DNA of 64,000 nucleotides from an uncultured bacterium (GCA_966243015.1 CBIMES010000001.1:426076-490075), one strand, 5' to 3'. Counted from the first letter of the stretch, positions 45,420 through 55,062 are shown. Translations and numbers: made by a program. Notes: generated by a model from the letters alone, not told the origin.

Positions 45420-45569
45420 GACGAATCTCCTTGTGTTTTGTAGGGTTTTCTGTGCGTGTGATGAACAAATCGTTTCAGGGATGATATTAGGCGAAACGGC
45501 GAAAAACACAACCGCGTCACCGCACAGAAAAAGCCGGCCCCTTGGGGGCCGGCTTGAGGACGGGATCCG

Positions 45570-46025
45570 CTAGCGCTCGAGTTTGCCGATCATACTGAAC
45601 ACCTCGGCGTCGGACATGACGGTGGGAGCGGCGACGATCTTCCAGTCCCGACGGAGGGCCAGGCGGTATTGGAGGATGACCGAGTGATCAGCGTCCCCTT
45701 CCGCCGCGATTTCCGCCATCATCGCCTGGGCGATGACATACAAGGCGTCGAGCCGGGTGGCCCTGACGCGCCGCGCGGCCGCCACCTTGGAATCGACGCT
45801 GATGCTGGCAGCATTCAAGACGTCGCGGTCCTGACGAAGCCGGTGGATGAGGGACGCGAGGGCCTTGAGCTCGTCAGACGCCTCGCCGACCTCGGTCTCG
45901 CCGGTGACGACGGGCGGGAACTCCCTGCCAGTGAGGCAGATGGGCTCGCCCCTGCGAATGCGAACGAAGAACTCCAACAGGGCGCTTCTCTGGCAGGCAG
46001 ACTTACTGGGTGCTGAACTAGTCAT
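45570..46025 (-). CDS. Hypothetical protein
   Basis: ORF with upstream TTGACT..TATGGT promoter and downstream GCCGGCCCC hairpin; start uncertain. Confidence 0.55.
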   Translation of the reverse strand: MTSSAPSKSACQRSALLEFFVRIRRGEPICLTGREFPPVVTGETEVGEASDELKALASLIHRLRQDRDVLNAASISVDSKVAAARRVRATRLDALYVIAQAMMAEIAAEGDADHSVILQYRLALRRDWKIVAAPTVMSDAEVFSMIGKLER

Positions 46026-46114
46026 GGTGACAAGGAACGATGGTTTAAGACAGGGTCGGAATAACCCGTCACTGCCAAAAACCATACTTCAAAAACGAGA
46101 AAAGTCAACAAACC

Positions 46115-46372
46115 CTATCGCCGCAAACCATCCATCCTATTGACCGTCGCCTTGAGGTCACGAACCTCGCCCGCGAGATTTACGAGCTGAACCCCGAAAG
46201 AACGCAGGGAGTCGGAAAGATCCCGCACGCTTTCCTTGAGCCAGCGAACGTCGCTCTCGAGGGCGCTGAACCTGTTTCCCGAAAACCAGGCAATGCCCAT
46301 GAGAAAACCAGATATTGCGGTAATGATCCCGATGAACTGCGGCCAGCCTATTTGTATGATGATGTCTTGCAT
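46115..46372 (-). CDS. Small TM plus coiled-coil hypothetical protein
   Basis: Hydrophobic N-terminus followed by a heptad pattern. Confidence 0.6.
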   Translation of the reverse strand: MQDIIIQIGWPQFIGIITAISGFLMGIAWFSGNRFSALESDVRWLKESVRDLSDSLRSFGVQLVNLAGEVRDLKATVNRMDGLRR

Positions 46373-46428
46373 GGGTGTATGTGACTCAAATTATGAACCC
46401 GTGCTCGCAAAACACCTATAAAGAGAAA

Positions 46429-48144
46429 TTAAAGACTCGGCCCCGCCGCGTACCCGAGTATCGCCCGCGCGAGCCGGAGGTGAAGAAACGAAACGTTCGC
46501 CCCCGCCCTGCTCTTGAGCGGCGAGAGAAGAATCTGCGACAAGGGCTGTCCGTCCGCGTCCACCTGACCCTGCTTCTCCATGTGGGCAAGCTCGTCCTCG
46601 AAGGCCTTCTCGATCTTCTTCCAGTGCGCGGGACTGATTTCTTTTTTGAGATACGAGATATTCGCGGGCGAGATGTACCCGTCGGCCATGAGCTTCTCGA
46701 TATGCGAGACGACCGTCTCGGCCGTGACGCCGCGATGCATCGCCATGTCGGCGAGGCCCTGTTGCTCCTCGATGAGGACAAGCGTCTCCTCGAAGGTCGA
46801 CGGCTTCTTCTCCTTGGGCTGCGAGCGGGCGCCCTTGAGGAAAAGCTCCTGGGCCTCGCGGAGAGCCTTCTCCCCCATCTCCTCCAGGTCAGAGAGCGCC
46901 TCATCCGAGAGCTGCTGTAGCTCCGCGTCGAATTCGAGCACCTCGTTGTGCACCTGAAGCGCCGCCTCGTTCATGCCAAGGATCGTCAGACCCTCGAGCG
47001 AACGGACGCGCGACAGCGCCACATACCCCATGCCCGGCGTGAACGACTTGGACAGGTCAACCTCGACCGCGTCGAGGGACATGCCCTGGCTCTTGTGCAC
47101 CGTGATGGCCCAGGCGAGGCGCAGCGGGTACTGGGAGAGCTCGGCCTTCACCTTGCCGTCCTCCTCGATCTTCCAGCTCGCCCGCTCAATCTTGATGATC
47201 TGGCCCGCCGCAGTGCGGATGACGGGATCCTGATTCTCCTTGCACGAGATGACGATGCCGAGCGTGCCGTTCACATACCCCTCCTCGAAGTTGTTCTTGA
47301 CGCACATGACGCGCGCGCCGACTTTGAGACGCAAGAGCTCTGGCGCGAGGCACGACTTCTTGAGCGTCTCGACGAGGGCGTCCCTGCCCTTGGTCTCCAT
47401 GTAGTACTCGACCTCGCCCTCGCTCTTGAGGCGGTCGAGTTCCTGCTCGTTGAGCAGATCGACGTCGGCGTTGTGCGTGAAGAGGCGTGTCGGCTCGATC
47501 GAGAGCGACAGCTTTGCCTTAAAACGCTCCTGCAAATACTCGCGAGACGAGTCAGTGACGTCGCCACGGCGGATCTCGTTCAGTATCGAGAGCATGTAGT
47601 TGTCGTCCTTCTGGCGGAACTGCTCGGTGAGATAGCAGATGGTGAACTTGGCCTCCTGCCAGGCGTCTGACCTATATATGAAGAGAGACTCCGGCTCGCC
47701 CTGTCGCGTGACGGGAGGCAGCTGGAAGAAGTCGCCGCAAAGCACGACCTGCACGCCGCCGAAAGGCTTCATGTTGCCCTTCATGTTCTGGAGGACTTTG
47801 TTCACGAGATCAAAGCGGAAGTGATGAAGCATCGAAACCTCGTCGATGATGAGTACCTTCACCTTCTCGAAGCGCTTGGACAGGTACGACTTCTCGAACA
47901 TGCCCTCGAGGTCCGCCTGCGTGAGGGACGCGGCGATGCCGATGCCCGCCCACGAGTGAATGGTCATGCCTCCCATGTGGGTGGCGGCGATTCCCGTGGA
48001 CGCCGTGATGCCCGCGTCGATGAGGTTGTCGCGCAGGTACTTTATATAGGAATTGATGAGATGCGTCTTTCCCGACCCGGCCGGGCCGGTGACAAAGACG
48101 TTCCTTCCTGTCTTGAGTATTTCGAGAGCCTGGGCCTGGGTCAT
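46429..48144 (-). CDS. PIF1-family DNA helicase with C-terminal HTH
   Basis: TGPAGSGKT, IDEVSM, GDFFQLPPV, WAITVHKSQGMSL, YVALSR. Start ATG 48144, after TGaTACAAT. Confidence 0.93.
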   Translation of the reverse strand: MTQAQALEILKTGRNVFVTGPAGSGKTHLINSYIKYLRDNLIDAGITASTGIAATHMGGMTIHSWAGIGIAASLTQADLEGMFEKSYLSKRFEKVKVLIIDEVSMLHHFRFDLVNKVLQNMKGNMKPFGGVQVVLCGDFFQLPPVTRQGEPESLFIYRSDAWQEAKFTICYLTEQFRQKDDNYMLSILNEIRRGDVTDSSREYLQERFKAKLSLSIEPTRLFTHNADVDLLNEQELDRLKSEGEVEYYMETKGRDALVETLKKSCLAPELLRLKVGARVMCVKNNFEEGYVNGTLGIVISCKENQDPVIRTAAGQIIKIERASWKIEEDGKVKAELSQYPLRLAWAITVHKSQGMSLDAVEVDLSKSFTPGMGYVALSRVRSLEGLTILGMNEAALQVHNEVLEFDAELQQLSDEALSDLEEMGEKALREAQELFLKGARSQPKEKKPSTFEETLVLIEEQQGLADMAMHRGVTAETVVSHIEKLMADGYISPANISYLKKEISPAHWKKIEKAFEDELAHMEKQGQVDADGQPLSQILLSPLKSRAGANVSFLHLRLARAILGYAAGPSL

Positions 48145-48243
48145 GCAGGGAGATTGTATCACCCCGCTCGGCGCGGCGCGCCTTGACGAGAGACCCTATT
48201 CCGCGTGGTCCGCGAAAGGAGCCTTACAGGCTCGCCCAGGGAC

Positions 48244-48741
48244 TCACTTTTTATAAGTCGGGGGTATAAATTCCTTAAGGAATTCAAGGTACGTTTCCTG
48301 CAACTCTGGACGTATCCAATCGTGCCTCAACTGCGAAATATATCTTTTCTCAATCACGTTGAGACAGGTGTCGAAATAAAAGCCACCGGGAGTCGCGACG
48401 AAAATGCACGCATGCGCCCACATATCTTGTATGGCACTCGCATGCCTCACGATATCATCCATGTCGATATGAGACCTGTACTTAACCTCCACGAGATAAA
48501 CCTCCCGAAGCCTTCGATCAATAAGAGCAAAATCGGGCGCACAACGAATCGTATCCAAAACCGCAGCACGCGCACCCTGACTGCTAAACTCAGCGACCGT
48601 TGGCAAGACAGACTCGTATCCAAAAGGTATGACCGTGAATTCGTGAGCCGCCCTGAACATCAGCTCAAAAACCTGCTCAGCAATCTTCCCTTTTATGAGT
48701 TTGTAGTGAAATTCCTGCTCCAAGTTGAGGCTCGTATTCAT
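48244..48741 (-). CDS. Putative PD-(D/E)XK nuclease
   Basis: GKIAE...PDF...LVEVKYR motif order; AT-richer than its flanks. Confidence 0.65.
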   Translation of the reverse strand: MNTSLNLEQEFHYKLIKGKIAEQVFELMFRAAHEFTVIPFGYESVLPTVAEFSSQGARAAVLDTIRCAPDFALIDRRLREVYLVEVKYRSHIDMDDIVRHASAIQDMWAHACIFVATPGGFYFDTCLNVIEKRYISQLRHDWIRPELQETYLEFLKEFIPPTYKK

Positions 48742-48810
48742 ATGCGATATTGATTGACGCAATCATACTGCCCGCAGAGTCAAGAAAACATAAAGAGAAA
48801 GTAAAATTTA

Positions 48811-49212
48811 TTATCTGCCACCAAACCGCTCCTCCTCCCTCTCCTGCACCGCGTCCTCGTCGAGGCCAAAGTGATGCGCGATCTCGTGCCAGAGCGTCTC
48901 GAAGACAACCTCACGCACGGGCTTGCCGCTCTCTGCCGCCTCCTCCTCGATCGGCAGCCGGTACAGCGAGATGACGTCAGGAAACATCACGCCCGCGTCG
49001 TGATACCGCTCGGTCAGGGGCACGCCGCGATAGAGGCCGAGCAGGTCCATGTTCGTCTCGAGCCCCATGTCGCGCATCGTCTCCTCGTCCACCGCCTCCT
49101 CGGCGATGAGGGCGACGTTCCGCACCTTCTCCTTCACCCATTCAGGCAGGCGATCGTACGCCTCGGATATGAGGCCCTCGAATTCCGTCGGCTGAGTGAA
49201 GCCTTCGCTCAT
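48811..49212 (-). CDS. Minimal zincin metallopeptidase (Zincin_1)
   Basis: LLGLYRGVPLTER, PDVISLYRLPI, HEIAHHFG. Confidence 0.9.
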   Translation of the reverse strand: MSEGFTQPTEFEGLISEAYDRLPEWVKEKVRNVALIAEEAVDEETMRDMGLETNMDLLGLYRGVPLTERYHDAGVMFPDVISLYRLPIEEEAAESGKPVREVVFETLWHEIAHHFGLDEDAVQEREEERFGGR

Positions 49213-49232
49213 TCCCGCAGTATACACCACGA

Positions 49233-49856
49233 CTAGCGCAGAAGGCCCTTGAGCACCGGGTACACCTTCTCGGCGATTCTCAGGTAGCCCTGGTCGTTCG
49301 GGTGTATGGCGTCAGACATAAGGGTGTTGTTGCCGATGAGTCCGTCGAGCACGTCGGGCACGTAGGCCGATCCCGTCTCGTTCGCAAGGCTCTCGAAGCG
49401 ACCCTCAAACGGGTCGGTGAGGAGACCGCCGCGAACGCCGAGCACGAGCGTTATGGCTCCCGTCGCCTGGGCGCGGGCGACGATCTTGTGAAGGTTGAGG
49501 AAGGTCTCGTCAATCGGCACCTTGCGGAGATAGTCGTTGCCGCCGAGGAGGATGATGAGCACCGAGGGCTGGGACTCGAGGGCCTTGTCGAGGCGCTTCA
49601 GGCCGTCGGCCGTGGTGTCGCCCGACACGCCGAGGTTCACGATCTCGCGACTCACCATGCGCGAGAGCAGGACGGAGAGGCTGTTGCCGGGAGTCGCGCC
49701 GACGCCCTGGGCGAGGCTGTCGCCAAGGAGGACGACCGGGCCCTCCTTCGGGGGATAGTTCGTGACGTCGCTTCCCCGGTGGAAGAACCAGAGGATGCCG
49801 AGGAGCGCGACGACGCCGACGGCGACCTCGATCAGGATTCTTTTGTGTACATTCAT
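49233..49856 (-). CDS. GDSL/SGNH arylesterase
   Basis: LGDSL, NLGVSGDTT, LGGND, DAIHPN. Confidence 0.92.
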   Translation of the reverse strand: MNVHKRILIEVAVGVVALLGILWFFHRGSDVTNYPPKEGPVVLLGDSLAQGVGATPGNSLSVLLSRMVSREIVNLGVSGDTTADGLKRLDKALESQPSVLIILLGGNDYLRKVPIDETFLNLHKIVARAQATGAITLVLGVRGGLLTDPFEGRFESLANETGSAYVPDVLDGLIGNNTLMSDAIHPNDQGYLRIAEKVYPVLKGLLR

Positions 49857-49894
49857 ACGTTCGTACAATTGTACATCAATTATTCATAAAAAAT

Positions 49895-49920
49895 AAAAGG
49901 CTCAGTGCACTGAGCCTTTT
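49895..49920. repeat. Dispersed palindrome copy 5
   Basis: AAAAGGCTCAGTGCACTGAGCCTTTT downstream of the antiporter gene. Confidence 0.8.
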
Positions 49921-49927
49921 CCCGCTC

Positions 49928-51199
49928 TTACACCAGAACGATATATTGGACGCACCAGACGCCGATGGCCGTGACGAGGCCGAGCATCGCCGGCACGAAG
50001 GCGATCTTGAAGTACTCGCCGAAGGTAAGCTCCTTGACCATTCCCGTCGCCACCACTCCCGCCGCCGAGCCAATGGCGAGCATCGACCCTCCCGTCGCCA
50101 CGGCGACCGCGAGAAGGGACCAGAGATACGGATCGGTCGACGGCACCATCTTGATGGCGATGGCCGTGAGGGCGATATTGTCGAGCACCGAGGACGCGAA
50201 GCCGAGAAGGCTGTGGCCGACGACCATGCGCGCGAACGACGCCGCCTCCCCATAGAGGAACGCCGAGACGTGCTCGAGCACGCCGAGGGCGGCGAGGGCC
50301 GAGACCGAGAGCAGGATGCCTATGAAGAACTTGATCGAGGAGAGGTCCGCCTTCTGGAGGAGATGCTCGATGGTGGCGGTGAGGTGCGTGTCGCACGGCT
50401 TCCAGCGCTTGAAGAGGTCGATCGCCATCCAGGTCAGGCCCAGGCCGAAGAGCGCTCCGATGACCGGCGAGAGGCCGATCGACTTCATGGCCACCGGCAT
50501 GAGGAACGAGGCGGCGACGAGCGAGAGCACGATCTTCTCCGAGCGCGTGAGGACGATGCCCGCAGGCCTCTCCCCCGTCACGACGCGCGGGCAGTTCACG
50601 ATCTTGCGCCTGAGGAGGAAGAGGGCGACCACGAGAAGGGCCAGCGCCGGCACGAAGGCGAACGAGACGATCTGGAGGGCCGTGAACTTGTTGGCGAGCC
50701 AGAGCATGATGGTCGTGACCGCGCCGATCGGCGACCACGATCCGCCCGCGTTCGCCGCGATGACCACTCCCACCGCCGTGACCGCGAGGTTCCTGCCCGA
50801 AAAGAACTTGCGCGCGATCTGCACCATGACGATCGTCGTCGTCAGGTCGTTGAGCACCGCCGCCAGGAAGAACGTCATGCCGCAGAGCACCGTGAACTGC
50901 GCCCGGTCCGAGAGGCTGTACGAGTCCAGCTTCGCCTTGATGAGGTCAAAGGCGCGATAGTGTCCCGCGATCTCCACGAGCGACATCGCCGCGAGGAGGA
51001 AAACGATGAGGCCAAAGATGTCGGCCGACACGACCGTCAGCTCGTGACCCGCGAGCTGCGGGTCATACGCGCCAAGCAGAATCCACGACACCGCGCCCAC
51101 CGCAAGCGCCACCGCGGACTTGTGAATCTTGAGCTTCGTCTCAAGCGTGATAAGCGCGTAACCGATGACGAAGAGAGCCGAGGCCGCGAACGCAATCAT
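49928..51199 (-). CDS. NhaD/IT-superfamily Na+/H+ antiporter
   Basis: VIAANAGGSWSPIG.VTTIMLW, SSVLDNIAL, GGSMLAIGSAAGV. Confidence 0.88.
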   Translation of the reverse strand: MIAFAASALFVIGYALITLETKLKIHKSAVALAVGAVSWILLGAYDPQLAGHELTVVSADIFGLIVFLLAAMSLVEIAGHYRAFDLIKAKLDSYSLSDRAQFTVLCGMTFFLAAVLNDLTTTIVMVQIARKFFSGRNLAVTAVGVVIAANAGGSWSPIGAVTTIMLWLANKFTALQIVSFAFVPALALLVVALFLLRRKIVNCPRVVTGERPAGIVLTRSEKIVLSLVAASFLMPVAMKSIGLSPVIGALFGLGLTWMAIDLFKRWKPCDTHLTATIEHLLQKADLSSIKFFIGILLSVSALAALGVLEHVSAFLYGEAASFARMVVGHSLLGFASSVLDNIALTAIAIKMVPSTDPYLWSLLAVAVATGGSMLAIGSAAGVVATGMVKELTFGEYFKIAFVPAMLGLVTAIGVWCVQYIVLV

Positions 51200-51366
51200 G
51201 GGATTTTGAAAACTTTAAAAAAATAGAGTGGAAGATTCCACGATATTCCTCTCGGGAACAGAATTCAAGCGCGTTGTCCACAGGCCCTCGCGGACGCGTT
51301 GCCTTCCCCACCCACCCTTTATTTTTTGCCCGCAGTATGTTATTTTCTCTGGGCACAGTTTCACAT

Positions 51367-51437
51367 TGCCGGATCGTCTAAAGGTAGGACGTCGCTCTCT
51401 GAAAGCGAAAATTTTGGTTCGATTCCAAGTCCGGCAA
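51367..51437 (+). tRNA. tRNA-Gln (anticodon CTG), CCA not encoded
   Basis: TGCCGGA/TCCGGCA acceptor stem, TCGCT-CTCTGAA-AGCGA anticodon arm, GGTTCGATTCC T arm. Confidence 0.93.
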
Positions 51438-51481
51438 CACGAAAGAAAAGCCCCGTCATATGACGGGGCTTTTCTTTCGTG
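51438..51481. terminator. 44-bp perfect palindrome / terminator after tRNA-Gln
   Basis: CACGAAAGAAAAGCCCCGTCAT|ATGACGGGGCTTTTCTTTCGTG. Confidence 0.8.
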
Positions 51482-51526
51482 CCTGAGAACGAATGCCTGC
51501 CAACCTGCCTATGATACAATTCCAGA

Positions 51527-51958
51527 ATGAAAAAAATTATATGGGCTCTCATTATCATCCTATTGGGCGCAGGCCTCTGGTTTGTCATGTCCAAAGAGGA
51601 CAAGGTCACCGAGAGCGCATGGCAGACGTACGAAAATAAGGATTTCAAATTTACGATTTCGCATCCGGCAGGCTGGACGATTAAGGACACGAGTGCTGAT
51701 TTCGGTTTCATAAACCTGTCAATTAACGGCCCAATCCGATCAGATTTGAAAAGCAACCCAGGATTGCCGGTCTCATATTATTTTAGCCTAGCCATGCCAA
51801 AAGATAGATCAGAGGTGCGATTCAACTTCGGCTGTTTCTCTACCCCCGACAAACCTGGCAACTCACCATGCAACGCGCCAAGCACGATCGAGGAAAACGA
51901 GTCTGCGCCCGAGAATGCAGTCGCACGAGAGATCTTCTCATCATTTAAAGTCAACTAA
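51527..51958 (+). CDS. Membrane-anchored PsbP-like hypothetical protein
   Basis: N-terminal TM, WQTYENKDFKFTISHPAGW, C-terminal IFSSFK; AT-richer. Confidence 0.75.
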   Translation: MKKIIWALIIILLGAGLWFVMSKEDKVTESAWQTYENKDFKFTISHPAGWTIKDTSADFGFINLSINGPIRSDLKSNPGLPVSYYFSLAMPKDRSEVRFNFGCFSTPDKPGNSPCNAPSTIEENESAPENAVAREIFSSFKVN

Positions 51959-52005
51959 TCTAGTCCGAGGGATTAATTAGAGTTCCAACATCGTCCCAGA
52001 CGGCC

Positions 52006-52059
52006 AACACCCAAAAGCAAACACCCGCCACATGTGGCGGGTGTTTGCTTTTGGGTGTT
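52006..52059. repeat. 54-bp perfect palindrome
   Basis: AACACCCAAAAGCAAACACCCGCCACA|TGTGGCGGGTGTTTGCTTTTGGGTGTT. Confidence 0.85.
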
Positions 52060-52067
52060 TAATGGAA

Positions 52068-52174
52068 GCATCGCCTGAGGCGATGCGCCTTGGAATCGAA
52101 AGGGTTCTCCCCTATTTCTGAGGAATTCCAATTTGGCACATACTAAGGCGCACCGAGAAAATGTAAAGGGAGAA
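52068..52174 (+). repeat. Partial tRNA-Gln-derived fold-back element
   Basis: Hairpin GCATCGCC-TGA-GGCGATGC, then CTTGGAATCGAA (exact reverse complement of tRNA 51418-51429), then a TTCTCCC/GGGAGAA stem. Confidence 0.6.
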
Positions 52175-52195
52175 TAAGTTGCTATACTTCCCCAC

Positions 52196-52615
52196 ATGGA
52201 ACAAAAATCCCTCCGCCCCAAAGTCGGCGTCGCCGTACTCATCATCAAGTACAAGCAGGTCCTCATCGGCAAGAGAAAGGGCGAGCACGGCGACGGCATG
52301 TGGGCCCCTCCCGGCGGACACCTCGAGTTCAGGGAGGACGTCTTCGACTGCGCCCGCCGCGAGGTCCTCGAGGAGACCTCGATGAGAATCAAGAGCCTCC
52401 GCATGGGCCCCATCACGAACGACACCAACCTTCCCGGAGACAAGCACTACGTGACGCTCTTCGTCATCGCCGACCACGACTCGGGAAACCCCGTCGTCAC
52501 CGAGCCTGACAAGTGTTACGAATGGCGCTGGTGCGCCTGGGACAAACTTCCCAAGCCACTCTTCTACGCGCTTCAGAACTTCGTCGACGCCGGACACTCG
52601 CCCTTCGACTACTAG
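52196..52615 (+). CDS. NUDIX hydrolase (NUDT15/MutT-like)
   Basis: PGGHLEF.E....CARREVLEET Nudix box, HYVTLF, EPDKC. Confidence 0.92.
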   Translation: MEQKSLRPKVGVAVLIIKYKQVLIGKRKGEHGDGMWAPPGGHLEFREDVFDCARREVLEETSMRIKSLRMGPITNDTNLPGDKHYVTLFVIADHDSGNPVVTEPDKCYEWRWCAWDKLPKPLFYALQNFVDAGHSPFDY

Positions 52616-53082
52616 ACAGACTGGATCCCCTCGCGACACTTCCTCTCGAGCAGGCCCGCGGCGATGGCGGACGCGACGGACACAGAGATGACGAGAAGCC
52701 CCAGGGCAAGGCCTCCCGCCCTGTCTTCCTCGGCCGGCACCGTCACCAAGAGCGAGGCCAGGCCGCCCGCGGCAAGCGCGGCGACGAGCGTCGAGCAGCG
52801 TCGTATGATCCGAAGCCCGTGCGAGACGCGATGCGAGAGCGCCTCGCCCCGCCCAACCAGCCCCAACACTCGAAACGCCTGAAAGAGCGCCACGAAGAAC
52901 GGGATCGACGAGAGATAGGCATAGGCCAGGAACGGGTCCTTGAAGTAGATCTCGAACGCCGTGGCACCCACGTTCCTGCCCTCGAGATGTGGCTCGCCGA
53001 GGAGGAAGACCAGCGCTCCGACGCCGACGAGGATGACCGCGGCCTGAAGGCATAGTATTGAGATTCTTTTCATGTATTTCAT
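52612..53082 (-). CDS. DUF2975 family membrane protein
   Basis: EPHLEGRN, DPFLAYAY.SSIPFFVALFQA. Confidence 0.75.
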   Translation of the reverse strand: MKYMKRISILCLQAAVILVGVGALVFLLGEPHLEGRNVGATAFEIYFKDPFLAYAYLSSIPFFVALFQAFRVLGLVGRGEALSHRVSHGLRIIRRCSTLVAALAAGGLASLLVTVPAEEDRAGGLALGLLVISVSVASAIAAGLLERKCREGIQSV

Positions 53083-53155
53083 GTGAGGTGATTAAGGGAG
53101 TAAGAAGGGGTATCATTACCGCAGTCACTTATTCATTATAGTAAACCTGCCACAT

Positions 53156-53827
53156 ATGGGCCTCAAAGATTTCCTCAACTCTCTTCCCCGAAACTTCGTC
53201 CGCTCGTTCTCGGGCGCACACGCGCTGTGGCACCTGCTCGCCGTCGCGCTCACGACACTCATCGTCCTCTCGGGACTCGACTGGGCATATTTCCTGTACG
53301 TGCGCGGCGAGCTGCTCAACGCGGTCTTCTTCCCCGCCATCGTCATCGGCATGTTCCTGCCGATAGTCCTGCCGCTTTGGCTGGTCGTGTCCGGACGCAG
53401 GCGACGCGACGTCTCACGGACCGTGTACGGCTGGGCGATCATGCAGGCGGCCGCCTTGGGCTGGGTTATCTCCTCTCTCTACAAGTCCGTCACGGGCCGC
53501 GTCCAGCCTGATCTCCTCAACATCGCCGCGTCGACCGACCAGAGTCTTAACTGGAACTTCGGCTTCTGGGAGCACGGCATCTTCTGGGGCTGGCCCTCGT
53601 CGCACACGACAGTCGCCTTTGCCACCGCCATCGCCTTTGTCATACTCCTCGGCCGCAAGAGGCCCGTCGCGAAATGGACGGCCGTCGCCTACGCATTCTA
53701 TGTGGGCATCGCCACCTCCCTCGGCATCCACTGGCTCTCCGAGTTCGTTGCGGGCGCGATTATCGGAACGGTCATCGGCGTGACCGTGGGGAGATGGTGG
53801 AGGCCGAAACTCGGCGAGGGAAAGTGA
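53156..53827 (+). CDS. PAP2-family phosphatase
   Basis: KSVTGRVQP, WPSSHT, IHWLSE. Confidence 0.8.
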   Translation: MGLKDFLNSLPRNFVRSFSGAHALWHLLAVALTTLIVLSGLDWAYFLYVRGELLNAVFFPAIVIGMFLPIVLPLWLVVSGRRRRDVSRTVYGWAIMQAAALGWVISSLYKSVTGRVQPDLLNIAASTDQSLNWNFGFWEHGIFWGWPSSHTTVAFATAIAFVILLGRKRPVAKWTAVAYAFYVGIATSLGIHWLSEFVAGAIIGTVIGVTVGRWWRPKLGEGK

Positions 53828-53861
53828 CATCGGCCCGGCCAGAAATGCTAGACTGACTCAT

Positions 53862-54413
53862 ATGAAAACCTACCTCGCTCTTCTCCGCGGCGTGAACGTC
53901 GGGGGAAAGAACAAAGTATCAATGGCGACGCTGCGAAGGTGTCTCGAGGACCTCGGCTTCTCCGGCGTCTCGACCTTCATCGCAAGCGGCAACGTCATCC
54001 TGAAATCAGACAAGGGCCCCGAGAAGGTGCGGGGCGCGATCGAGGCAGCGCTCACCAAGAACTTCAGGCTCGACAGCGAGCTCATCAAAGTCCTCGTTCT
54101 CACCCACAAACAGCTCAAGGCGGTGGTCGAGGGCAAGCCGAGGGGATTCGGAGAGAAGCCCGACACCTATCACAGCGACGCCATCTTCCTCATGGACGCC
54201 AAAGTGTCCCAGGCAATCAAGGCCTTCAGCCCCAAGGAAGGCGTCGACAGAATCTGGCCAGGCAAAGGCGTCATCTACTCGGAACGGCTGAGCGCCGAGC
54301 GCACCAAGAGCCGCCTGAACAGAATCATGCTCTCCCCTCTCTACAAGTCCATGACCATCCGTAACTGGAACACGACGACGAAACTGCTCGCGATACTCGA
54401 AAGGGATAAATGA
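53862..54413 (+). CDS. DUF1697 family protein
   Basis: YLALLRGVNVGG, TFIASGNV, TIRNWNT. Confidence 0.92.
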   Translation: MKTYLALLRGVNVGGKNKVSMATLRRCLEDLGFSGVSTFIASGNVILKSDKGPEKVRGAIEAALTKNFRLDSELIKVLVLTHKQLKAVVEGKPRGFGEKPDTYHSDAIFLMDAKVSQAIKAFSPKEGVDRIWPGKGVIYSERLSAERTKSRLNRIMLSPLYKSMTIRNWNTTTKLLAILERDK

Positions 54414-54436
54414 CCGCAAGAGGTTATAATCAACTT

Positions 54437-54988
54437 ATGAAGAAAACAATTCCAATAATCATCACACTCGCCGCCCTCCTCGTCATCGGCTTCTACGCCC
54501 TCAACGCGTACATATACGAGGAGAAGCAGGCGGACACCGCGAGCGACTACAGAAAGGCAAGCTATCTCATCGACGGCGCGAGCGTGCCCCTCGGCGAGGC
54601 AGGCACAAAGTATTTTGGAAGCGAGCTTCGCACCGACCTCAACGCCGACGGCCGAGCGGACGTCGCCTTTATCATCACCCAGGACGGTGGCGGCAGCGGG
54701 ACCTTCTTCTACGTCGTCGCGGCGCTCGAAACCGAGCGAGGGTATGTGGGCTCCGAGGCATACCTCCTCGGCGACCGCATCGCCCCTCAGAATATAAACG
54801 TCAGCCCGAACCCAAGACACAGGAACGTCATCGTCGCGAACTACGCGGACCGGGCGCCAGACGAACCGATGTCCGCACGGCCATCCGTCGGGAAAAGCGC
54901 GTACCTCAAGCTCGATCCCGAGAGCATGCGCTGGGCAATCGTGCAGGCAGACTTCGAGGGAGAGTCGGCCGACGGATCGGCAAGGTAG
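54437..54988 (+). CDS. Membrane-anchored hypothetical protein
   Basis: N-terminal TM, DLNADGRAD, GGGSGTFFY, LGDRIAPQ. Start ATG 54437, after TATAAT. Confidence 0.8.
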   Translation: MKKTIPIIITLAALLVIGFYALNAYIYEEKQADTASDYRKASYLIDGASVPLGEAGTKYFGSELRTDLNADGRADVAFIITQDGGGSGTFFYVVAALETERGYVGSEAYLLGDRIAPQNINVSPNPRHRNVIVANYADRAPDEPMSARPSVGKSAYLKLDPESMRWAIVQADFEGESADGSAR

Positions 54989-55020
54989 GCGTCCAAGCGA
55001 AAACGAAACAGGAAACAAAA

Positions 55021-55044
55021 GGCCCGCGCAGTACTGCGCGGGCC
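55021..55044 (-). terminator. Palindromic terminator, related to 58877-58901
   Basis: AAAA-GGCCCGCGCAGT|ACTGCGCGGGCC. Confidence 0.7.
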
Positions 55045-55062
55045 GAACTGTCTTGCCTGCAT

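Noticed and set aside
49946-51226. Long antisense ORFs such as the 426-aa one here, 6115-7050, 19205-19975 and 54341-55390
   Set aside because: They lie opposite well-supported genes, as expected with high GC3, and have no recognisable motifs
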